A DNA stretch of 64,000 bases from an uncultured Desulfatitalea sp. (lineage in GTDB: Bacteria; Desulfobacterota; Desulfobacteria; Desulfobacterales; Desulfosarcinaceae): the NCBI GenBank assembly GCA_963668675.2, contig CAXXMB010000001.1:672001-736000 (forward strand), read 5' to 3'. Below, piece by piece: positions 39,401 to 46,606 of the stretch; the stretch's first letter is position 1, and every line of letters starts with the position of its first letter. The position numbers were made by a program, and so were the translations under genes. A model generated the notes under the pieces. The model was given only the letters and a program-made list of their open reading frames with translations, made no database searches and had not been told where the DNA came from.

Positions 39401-40022
39401 GGCCCACGGGTATGGAGATGAATGGAAAGGCGCGGTGGAAGGTATGTTGGCCAGGCTTGGCAGCGTGACTCTGACCGCAGGGCAAATGGAAAACAGCTTC
39501 CGCCTGTCAGATGTACCCTGGCGAAAGCGGATCAATGAGATGGAGTTTCACTATCCCATCAAGCCGATCACACCCGAAACCATCGTGCGCCTTTTTCAGG
39601 AGCACGGCCGACCCTTCGTCAAACAGATGCCATCCCAACATTGGCGTCGGCTCAATTTTTCGCCGGTGCATGGCTTTATGAAGGGTTTCATAGACATGAT
39701 CTTCGAGTATAACGGCCGATACTACCTGGTGGATTGGAAATCCAACCACCTGGGCAATGCTTACGAAGACTACCAGACCGCCGTCATCGAAGCGGCCATG
39801 GGAGACTCTTTCTACTATTTGCAGTATCATCTCTATACGGTTGCCCTGGACCGATGGCTGCAGAGCAGGGTCGAAGGTTACCGTTACGATCGGCATTTCG
39901 GCGGGGTTTTCTATCTCTTTATCCGTGGCATCGATCACCGCGGAAGGGATTGTGGCATCTTTTACGATCTTCCGGAACCGGAGATGGTGACGTCGCTAAG
40001 GGAGACGCTTCTGGGCGTTTGA
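36435..40022 (+). CDS. recB: Exodeoxyribonuclease V beta subunit RecB
   Basis: LIEAGAGTGKT, VVTYTKAATEEL, DEFQDTD, GDPKQAIYSFRGAD, TIHKSKGL, LYVAVTRA, nuclease GFIDMIF…LVDWKSN, YYLQY. Confidence 0.96.
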   Translation: MKSFDLLQAPLEGVQLIEAGAGTGKTFNIAGLFLRLILEKGFAVDEILVVTYTKAATEELKRRIRRRLISAKTALNTGESDQLIDAMVNRGGTPEAALQRILDALTDFDRAAIFTIHGFCQRILNHFAFETGYLFEAQLLQDDQPLIQEMADDFWRRHIATAPEELAGAALVDLNGPEALAALFGRCRTPGMRVIPEAAEPPLDAIDAWREAALHVCRAWPAARGEALKLLASEGLNARWYGKCAPDKADSELSPRKTMLTALSAQMDQWEGRYPVFKLFDRFTVSLLEKATKKKHTTPRHPFFELCEHAQKTLEEMEVQISDYLRHLKVRLIKEARQSLDKKKRDQSLLFYDDLLLQVHGALGSRSAPGLVRALRESYRAALVDEFQDTDALQYDIFTLLFGDPSALLFMIGDPKQAIYSFRGADLFSYLEAKRETSHQFTLTRNWRATQPLIQAINTLFGSHPLPFGDDQIAYLPAEAADIGEGPMDEAPFELWYLGSGEEEGPIRPISQEDATRQIVAAVAEQVVTLLNGTEERYPFEPQAIAVLTRTHRQAQSVKTALDQRGVTAVLHSAGSVFDTREAASLALVLEAVAMPTDPSRVRTALATDLICTSAAELCASVEAPAAAWEARLSRFDAYHRIWQREGFYPMFSRLMDDEKIKSRLLAQGEGERRLTNLLHLAELLHMASLERSSGPEGLLSWFHNQRSDGGGGEDAQKLRLESDARAVQIITIHKSKGLQFDVVFCPFVWSGARVDKKSITFHDPDAGGQLTMAIGPEIEPAHSDMALREALAENIRLLYVAVTRARQRCYLAWGRIKGTDVSATAYLFHGPPESDLTGEGLRQLKRKMAGMDDARLIRELTHIEARSEGTIRLKPLPVPTKVDHLAIETGKAALAERGFNKAFDTQWRIASFSSLTAGAAAHEIDPADRDAQYIESVSGDLQESKALDLFAFPKGTRAGLFFHDLIEHVDFANSDGALRSALVAEKLKAHGYGDEWKGAVEGMLARLGSVTLTAGQMENSFRLSDVPWRKRINEMEFHYPIKPITPETIVRLFQEHGRPFVKQMPSQHWRRLNFSPVHGFMKGFIDMIFEYNGRYYLVDWKSNHLGNAYEDYQTAVIEAAMGDSFYYLQYHLYTVALDRWLQSRVEGYRYDRHFGGVFYLFIRGIDHRGRDCGIFYDLPEPEMVTSLRETLLGV

Positions 40023-40072
40023 CCGATGCCTGGTCCGTAACGCCTTTAATTTAGGGATCTGTCGAACCATTT

Positions 40073-41896
40073 ATGAATATCGAACAGTTATATAATCGAA
40101 AGAAAATGGCCCCCCTGGATTGGTCTCTGGGGCGGATGATTCAGCGCCTGGGACAATGCGACGATGACTGGGTCGGATTGGCGGCGGCCATGGTTAGCCG
40201 GTCGGCAACCCAGGGCAATGTCTGTCTGGACCTGGACCTTGCCTGGGAAGAGGGGGCCGGGGGGATCGATGCTGAGTTCAACATGCCGTTGCCCATATCT
40301 CTGGATGAGTGGCTATACAAGCTAAAGCGCTGTGCGGCAGTGGGTGCTCCGGGAGATTTTAGCCCCTTGATCCTGGACGGGAAACGGCTCTATCTGCATC
40401 GTTACTGGTACTACGAGCAGCAACTTGCCACGCTTCTGCTGGCAAGATGCGGCCGCAGTGCAGCGCTCGGTACTCCCGAGGAGTTGGAGAAGAACCTTCA
40501 GCGCCTCTTCAAAGAGACGGATGGCGATCAGATCGACGCTGCCCGCAAAGCGGCGACACGGCGTTTTACGGTCATATCCGGCGGGCCGGGTACGGGCAAG
40601 ACTTACACCGTGGCCAAGATCATCCTGCTTCTATCTGCACTTTGTGGCGGCCATACGATTAAGATTCATCTGGCCGCCCCAACCGGTAAGGCGGCTGCCC
40701 GTTTGCAGGAGGCGATTGAAACCGCACTGGTTTCAACAGGGAGATACTCTGCTGATGAACGTCTCCCCATGCCCACTGCTCAGACCCTGCACCGGCTGCT
40801 CGGGTATATGCCCTCCAGATCCCGTTTTCGATATGATGAAGAGAGGCCGTTGCCCACGGACGCCGTTATTGTCGATGAAGCCTCGATGATCGATCTCGCC
40901 TTGATGCACCAGCTGGTTCAGGCCGTGCCCCAGGATGCACGCCTGATCCTTGTTGGAGACAAGGATCAGCTTGCCTCGGTCGAGGCGGGCGCTGTCCTTG
41001 GAGATATATGCTACGGCATAAAAAGCAGTTATACCGAAGGTGGCCGCAAGAAAATCGATACAGACCGCGACGCAACGGATTATGCTAAGAAATCGCCGTT
41101 GAGACCGCATATCCAGGTGCTGGAGCGCAGCTATCGCTTCGATGCCCACAGCGGTCTAGGTGCAGTGAGCCGCGCCATCAATGCGGGCGATGCCCGGCGT
41201 GTCATCGACCTGCTCTCCGCTGGACACCATGGCGAACTCTCCCTGGTTCCTATGGGCGACCGTCACACCTTGGGCAGCATCCTGGAGAGGGTGGTGGATG
41301 GGGAGCTCTCGGACTACTTTGCATGTCAGGACGCTGAACAGGCCTTTGACCTGATCAACCGCTCCAGGGTTTTGTGTGCGCTCCGCAAGGGCCCATACGG
41401 CGCTGAAACACTCAATCAAATGATCGAGCAGCTCCTGCGTCGGCGCGGCTTGATTCCTTCAGGGGTATCTGCAGATGCGACCTGGTATCGCGGCCGCCCA
41501 TTGATGGTTACGCGCAATGATTACAACCATGGCCTGTTTAACGGTGACACCGGCATCGTTCAGGGGCCGGTAAATGGCGGGAGAGACCAGATGCAGGTCC
41601 TCTTCCCCGTTCAGCAGGGTGGCTTCAGAGAGGTTGCGCCCCATCAACTACCGGAGCAGCAGACGGTCTACGCCATGACCATCCACAAGAGCCAGGGGTC
41701 GGAGTTCGACCATGTGGTGGTGATCCTGCCGGACCGCGACACCCCACTGCTCACCAGGGAGTTGATCTATACTGCCGTCACCCGTGCGCGTAAATCCATT
41801 GCCATCCATGCCGACCCGGAGCTGCTGAAATTGGCCGTGACGCGTCGCATCAGACGCAGCTCAGGATTGCGGGATGCATTGTGGTGGAAAGAGTAG
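40073..41896 (+). CDS. recD: Exodeoxyribonuclease V alpha subunit RecD
   Basis: RLYLHRYW, SGGPGTGKT, APTGKAAARL, TLHRLLG, DEASMID, GDKDQL, AMTIHKSQGSEF, YTAVTRAR. Confidence 0.96.
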   Translation: MNIEQLYNRKKMAPLDWSLGRMIQRLGQCDDDWVGLAAAMVSRSATQGNVCLDLDLAWEEGAGGIDAEFNMPLPISLDEWLYKLKRCAAVGAPGDFSPLILDGKRLYLHRYWYYEQQLATLLLARCGRSAALGTPEELEKNLQRLFKETDGDQIDAARKAATRRFTVISGGPGTGKTYTVAKIILLLSALCGGHTIKIHLAAPTGKAAARLQEAIETALVSTGRYSADERLPMPTAQTLHRLLGYMPSRSRFRYDEERPLPTDAVIVDEASMIDLALMHQLVQAVPQDARLILVGDKDQLASVEAGAVLGDICYGIKSSYTEGGRKKIDTDRDATDYAKKSPLRPHIQVLERSYRFDAHSGLGAVSRAINAGDARRVIDLLSAGHHGELSLVPMGDRHTLGSILERVVDGELSDYFACQDAEQAFDLINRSRVLCALRKGPYGAETLNQMIEQLLRRRGLIPSGVSADATWYRGRPLMVTRNDYNHGLFNGDTGIVQGPVNGGRDQMQVLFPVQQGGFREVAPHQLPEQQTVYAMTIHKSQGSEFDHVVVILPDRDTPLLTRELIYTAVTRARKSIAIHADPELLKLAVTRRIRRSSGLRDALWWKE

Positions 41897-41905
41897 CTTA
41901 AATGC

Positions 41906-43252
41906 TTAGTTCATGCAGGCGGCAACCGGAGCGGCGGGTTTGTTCAACTGGCGGGACAACAGCTCATATTTGGCGCTGATCACCCCAAACCCCGTTCTAT
42001 CGAGAAGCTCCTTAAGATAGAGATCCGAGAGGTACCAGCGGTGGGAAAATTTGCCCACCCGCCTGAAGATGTCGCAGTTTTGGGCCACCATGAGGTCGAA
42101 AGCACTCTTCCTCATTCCCAAAGCTGTTGGCACCCTGTCAAATCGGGTAAAGCCGTAGGACCCTCTTTCATATTCCGTTTTGGCCCGTGAAGGTGTCAGA
42201 ATCTGCTTCTCGAGCACCAGCCCCTCTTTTTGCGAAAGGATATCGGCTGCGCGTCGCACCAAAAGGTGCAATAGGGGAGAGATGCGTTCAGCGCGGTGCC
42301 TCTTGGGCAGCGATTCAAGGGGTAGAAGGGGATGGCCTGCGATAAACGACTTACAATCACGGTGGATTTTATCGGCCCTCCAGGAGGCGATGCGTTTGCA
42401 TTTCCCCACTTGATAAGCGCCCGGACCTCTGCCAAGATATCTTTTCGGCCGTTTGTTGGCAATGGCGCTGAGAAATGTCAACTCCTCTTCTACGGCAGTA
42501 TAGAGCGCATAGCCTGGCTTCTTGCCATAAATTTTCTCCTTAAGCCGCTCTATTTCCCGTTTGTCGGCTGAAGCCACCGCCCTTTCCGCCTCCTTTTTGA
42601 GTCGGAGCGCCCGTTCGAAAACGGTTTGGGATACACTTTTCAATCGGCCCGATTCATATCGATCCATTTGCTGATGCAGTATTGAATTGGGGTGGATGCC
42701 GACATGGTCCTTGAGAAAGAGAAGCAATGGCCTGATTTTCTGGTACGACACCCGATCGGTTTTGGGAAGCGCAGCAAATTCCTCCAACCAAGCGTCGAGC
42801 ATGATTCGGTCTATGCCATACGCCAGGAACTTCTTCTCCATCTTTCTCTCCAATGCCCGTTCCACGGTCTGTATCTTACCGCTGAAGATTCTGTAATCGG
42901 CTTTGTGGGGCGCCTTGTCTGCCACAAGCTCGTTGTACAGATCCATCTTGGTCGTACGGTCATCCAGATAAACCCACAACCCGACCATTCGCCGAAAGTG
43001 ACTTCCATCCACACGTGGGATACGATCAGTCGGCGGGTCCTCTCCAAAGATCAGTCTGAAGTTTCGGGGCGAGACCGAACGCACCCGGTCATTGACAATA
43101 TTGTATATGAGAAGGTACGGCAACCCCGTCTCTCGTGCCAGTTCAGAGGCCGGTCGGCTGAAGACCGAGCTCTCGAACCTGCGTCGCAACTCTTCTGTCA
43201 ATTCGACACGATTGCTTAGTGGGGCGTTATGCTGTCTGAAGTTATGTTTCAT
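41906..43252 (-). CDS. Hypothetical basic protein, probably multi-HTH DNA-binding
   Basis: 448-aa ORF; N-terminal SELARETGLPYLLIYNIV HTH-like segment; recurring (G)(R/K)xxSV-like motifs; no family recognised. Confidence 0.7.
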   Translation of the reverse strand: MKHNFRQHNAPLSNRVELTEELRRRFESSVFSRPASELARETGLPYLLIYNIVNDRVRSVSPRNFRLIFGEDPPTDRIPRVDGSHFRRMVGLWVYLDDRTTKMDLYNELVADKAPHKADYRIFSGKIQTVERALERKMEKKFLAYGIDRIMLDAWLEEFAALPKTDRVSYQKIRPLLLFLKDHVGIHPNSILHQQMDRYESGRLKSVSQTVFERALRLKKEAERAVASADKREIERLKEKIYGKKPGYALYTAVEEELTFLSAIANKRPKRYLGRGPGAYQVGKCKRIASWRADKIHRDCKSFIAGHPLLPLESLPKRHRAERISPLLHLLVRRAADILSQKEGLVLEKQILTPSRAKTEYERGSYGFTRFDRVPTALGMRKSAFDLMVAQNCDIFRRVGKFSHRWYLSDLYLKELLDRTGFGVISAKYELLSRQLNKPAAPVAACMN

Positions 43253-43373
43253 GATGGACCTCGAATCCGCTCAGATTCACGCAGCAGGGGTAGCAGATGC
43301 GTGCAAGAGAGCGTGCCTTCAAATGAAGTGTCCAACGGTTTTCAACGGTATAAATGTTTAAGAGAGACGGGTT

Positions 43374-43399
43374 AAAAGCCCGGCAATAGAGCCGGGCTT
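43374..43399 (-). terminator. Intrinsic terminator-like hairpin after the 59-aa ORF
   Basis: Minus strand aagcccggc-tctatt-gccgggctttt. Confidence 0.55.
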
Positions 43400-43421
43400 A
43401 TGGAATAAGCCGGTGACCGCA

Positions 43422-43601
43422 TCAGGATGACGCAACGCACGACTGGGATCTCTCTCCGCTGACTCGGGCTGCTTGCGAGTAGCACTGTTGATACTGTTCG
43501 TAACTGGTCGAGCAATAATCACAACTGCGTAGATCTTGCATCAACCGTTTGTGTTCACGTCTACAACACGTCTGGCTCTTTTGGTTTGATTCTATAGACA
43601 T
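43422..43601 (-). CDS. Small six-cysteine protein (59 aa), missed by the ORF track
   Basis: MSIESNQKSQTCCRREHKRLMQDLRSCDYCSTSYEQYQQCYSQAARVSGERSQSCVASS; AAGGAGGT RBS, with AGGAGG 6 nt before the ATG; followed by a hairpin. Confidence 0.75.
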   Translation of the reverse strand: MSIESNQKSQTCCRREHKRLMQDLRSCDYCSTSYEQYQQCYSQAARVSGERSQSCVASS

Positions 43602-44003
43602 TTCTGACCTCCTTGATTGTGTTGACCATTGAACCGCTGGGGTGGCTGCCGAGTTTTCATAAGTGGTGTCAGAATCCGTCCGGACAAGCCGTTTCCGTTT
43701 CGGTTGTGGAGCGATGCCGAAATGCTCGGCGACACAGACGGGTATACCCCGTGCGACGAACAGGCGCTGTGAGGCAGGGCCTTACTCTGCCTGCGCACTC
43801 TATCGGGTCTGAAATTGATGTCGATTGTAATGGTGAAAATGAATTTCCTCTGGTTGGAAGTTTTTGGATTTAACACCTCTGTTTAAAGAATTTCGACATC
43901 AGCGGGCGACCTGTCAAGGGGGGTGTGTTTGCAACATGCAGATCGCTGATTAATATATAGTTAATTAACTGTTTTGAGGACAAATCCATTGGAGGGAGAC
44001 CTA

Positions 44004-44240
44004 ATGAAATTATCAAACAGATCCAAAATGAAGACCATCATCGACCGTGAAATGTTGATGCAACTGAAAACCTGTGCCGCATGTCACCGCCCTTTCAATC
44101 TGGGGGATCCGGTAGTGATGGCCTGCGGCGCATGGGAGGGGCCGGCCCGCCTGATACATGAAAATGAAGCTGTTTTCGATAACGCAAGCAGCAGTTACGT
44201 AGAGAGAAAATGCCACGCCGCCAACCGGGGAAGGGTGTAG
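44004..44240 (+). CDS. Small putative Zn-binding protein (78 aa)
   Basis: RBS GGAGG; CAAC…F.LGD.V..C…IH…C ligand pattern. Confidence 0.7.
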   Translation: MKLSNRSKMKTIIDREMLMQLKTCAACHRPFNLGDPVVMACGAWEGPARLIHENEAVFDNASSSYVERKCHAANRGRV

Positions 44241-44307
44241 TCGATTGGCCAGGTTAATTACCCGGCAATTTAAGATCACAAGCCCTGTCATTCCGTTGCA
44301 AACGCGC

Positions 44308-44760
44308 TTACTCTGCCTCGAGTTTCAAATCACCTTGCCGGCCGCTTTCTCTGCTGGTCCAGACAGCTGTAATCGTTTTGAGATCCTTGCTGATTTCCCC
44401 GACGTGAGAGCCATCCGTGATAAAGTCGCTATTGGCCTTTAGGCTCTTTTCCCACATCTCGAATCGCATGGTGTCCGGTGCAATCGCTATTTCAATTTCG
44501 ATATCCGCTTCACGAAACATCGTCACATACTTGCCGGTGCCTTTGGCAGTGACACCCTTCTCCGAATCATAAGATACTTTATCAATGGCAATGGATACCT
44601 TTTGAAGCGCGCTGGCACCATGCCACCTGAAACTTCCGTGATACGCTCTTGGCAGACGATCGAGCAGATAGGAGTGCTCCGGGGCCTCTGTTTGTGCAGC
44701 GCACCCTGTGAGTATCAACAGGACTAACAGCAATCCTTTTTTCAGCTGATAAGCCATCAT
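44308..44760 (-). CDS. Hypothetical lipoprotein, predicted beta-rich
   Basis: RBS AAGGAG; lipobox LTGC. Confidence 0.72.
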   Translation of the reverse strand: MMAYQLKKGLLLVLLILTGCAAQTEAPEHSYLLDRLPRAYHGSFRWHGASALQKVSIAIDKVSYDSEKGVTAKGTGKYVTMFREADIEIEIAIAPDTMRFEMWEKSLKANSDFITDGSHVGEISKDLKTITAVWTSRESGRQGDLKLEAE

Positions 44761-45174
44761 ATTCTCCTTAAGTATCTCCATCCGGCAATTTATTTGTTCT
44801 AAAAGGTTATATCAGTAGATTCAAATATCAAGCTATAGATCCACTATTCGATGCCCTTTCTTTGTCAGATAGCTCCATTGTTTGATTTGTCCGGCATGAC
44901 GAAGGTTGACCTGTTTAAATGTTGCTATCCTAACCCGCATCTAAACTGGCGCATGCCGAGGTGTTGAAAAGGGGAGCCAACAAAGGGATTGGATCAAAAG
45001 GCGTTTTTGAGTTAGAGTAAAGGGCTTGTCCGATATGATTCTATGATTCGACGAGCCGATGCCATGAAAGCGGAGAGGACGGGTGAAAGCCATTTGGCCT
45101 CGTGATCGATCGGCAAGCGTCCGGTCGCCAGAGAGGCTTCACGATAGACGAACCAAAATGGATAGGCGGCAAAA

Positions 45175-46401
45175 ATGATTGAGTTGGAGACCATACGCAA
45201 GGCCGCTCGACTGATTGAGGATCACATTTTTAAAACGCCTGTGATTTACTCCCCGACCCTCAGCAAAAGATTCAGCGCCCATATCTACCTGAAGTTGGAG
45301 AATCTGCAAAAAACAGGATCATTCAAAATAAGGGGTGCCACATACAAGCTTATCGCAGGTGCTGACAACTGGCAAATTTCCCCTAATGGGGTTGTTGCGG
45401 CGTCAGCCGGAAACCACGCCCAGGGGGTCGCCCTGGCCGCAAACCGTGCGGGACTCAAAGCCACTATCGTCATGCCCCAGTGGGCCTCTATCAGTAAACA
45501 GGAGGCCACCCGAAATTATGGCGGCAGCATCATCATACACGGCGCCACTGTCGAAGAGAGCCTTGTCAAAGCCCTTGAAATAGAGCAGCAGGGGTTGACC
45601 TTTATCCATCCGTTTGATGATGCCGAACTCATTGTCGGCCAGGCAACTATCGGACTGGAGATCATTTCGGAGGTGCCAGAGGTGGACACGGTGCTTGTTC
45701 CGGTTGGCGGAGGCGGCCTTATTGCCGGTACCGCCAGTGCGATCAAGCTAGCGAGGCCGCAAGCAAGGGTCATCGGCGTCGAGGCAGCAGCGTGTCCCTC
45801 CGCCAGTGCCTCGATGCAGAGCGGCAGAAGAGAGAAGGTGGCGGCAACATCCTCCATTGCCGACGGCATCAGCGTCAAACAAATAGGGGCGGTGCCTTTT
45901 GAGATAATGCGTGATCGGGTGGACGATGTGGTGACCGTCGAAGAGGAGTATATCGCCGCTTCGATCCAAATCATGCTGGAGCGTAAGAAGATATTGTCCG
46001 AAGGTGCTGGTGCCGTACCGCTGGCTGCCTTGCTAAACGGCTCGATACGGACGAAACCTGGTGAAAGGATCGTACTGCTGGTATCGGGCGGTAACGTTGA
46101 CAGCCCGCTGCTCGGGCGTATCATTCAGCAAGGATTGATAAAAAACGGTCGTGTCATGAGAATCAGGCTCAGCTTAAATGACAGGCCAGGCACCCTGGCG
46201 ACGCTCCTGAACCAGGTGGCTGCCCTGCAGGCCAATATTTTGCACATTCATCACGATCGCGGTACAGAGAGAAGCAATATAGACGAGACGCAGGTTGAAC
46301 TGGAATTGGAAACGCGCAATGCCGATCATATCCGTGAGATTGGCGCCGCCTTGAAGGCGGCTGGTTACAAAATGGCGCATCTCTCTTGCCGTAGGTTCTG
46401 A
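45175..46401 (+). CDS. ilvA: Threonine ammonia-lyase with a single C-terminal ACT domain
   Basis: KLENLQKTGSFKIRG, ASAGNHAQG, HPFDD, VPVGGGGL, SGGNVD, DRPGTL. Confidence 0.92.
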   Translation: MIELETIRKAARLIEDHIFKTPVIYSPTLSKRFSAHIYLKLENLQKTGSFKIRGATYKLIAGADNWQISPNGVVAASAGNHAQGVALAANRAGLKATIVMPQWASISKQEATRNYGGSIIIHGATVEESLVKALEIEQQGLTFIHPFDDAELIVGQATIGLEIISEVPEVDTVLVPVGGGGLIAGTASAIKLARPQARVIGVEAAACPSASASMQSGRREKVAATSSIADGISVKQIGAVPFEIMRDRVDDVVTVEEEYIAASIQIMLERKKILSEGAGAVPLAALLNGSIRTKPGERIVLLVSGGNVDSPLLGRIIQQGLIKNGRVMRIRLSLNDRPGTLATLLNQVAALQANILHIHHDRGTERSNIDETQVELELETRNADHIREIGAALKAAGYKMAHLSCRRF

Positions 46402-46606
46402 ATCAAAGAATTCATCTCCTTTCTAACCGTTTTGTCTCCCCTCCTTAATGTTGTCTGGCACCTTTATATCCGTCTGGGCCCAGGATTTTTCCACTTCATC
46501 GCAATCCCATTGATATGCAAAGCGTCTCCAAGGTAAGCTGGCGTTGGATCGAAAAGGCATTCAGATTCGAATTCCGGCGAAGCCGGGCCAGGAGAAGGAG
46601 CAGAGG

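Noticed and set aside
43303..43317. Sigma-54-like GGCACG…TTGC on the minus strand upstream of the 448-aa gene
   Set aside because: Spacing is GG-N11-GC; sigma-54 needs GG-N10-GC
43592..43876. 94-aa minus-strand ORF (and the opposite 86-aa ORF 43613-43873)
   Set aside because: No separate RBS, no recognisable motifs, and it overlaps the well-supported 59-aa ORF start; treated as non-coding leader
44073..44087. CAACH as a c-type heme-binding motif
   Set aside because: No signal peptide or TM segment for export to the maturation machinery; better explained as a CxxC zinc knuckle
44782..45174. Possible riboswitch or leader peptide upstream of ilvA
   Set aside because: GGAGAG is present but the other glycine-riboswitch elements are missing; I saw no Ile/Thr-rich leader or terminator
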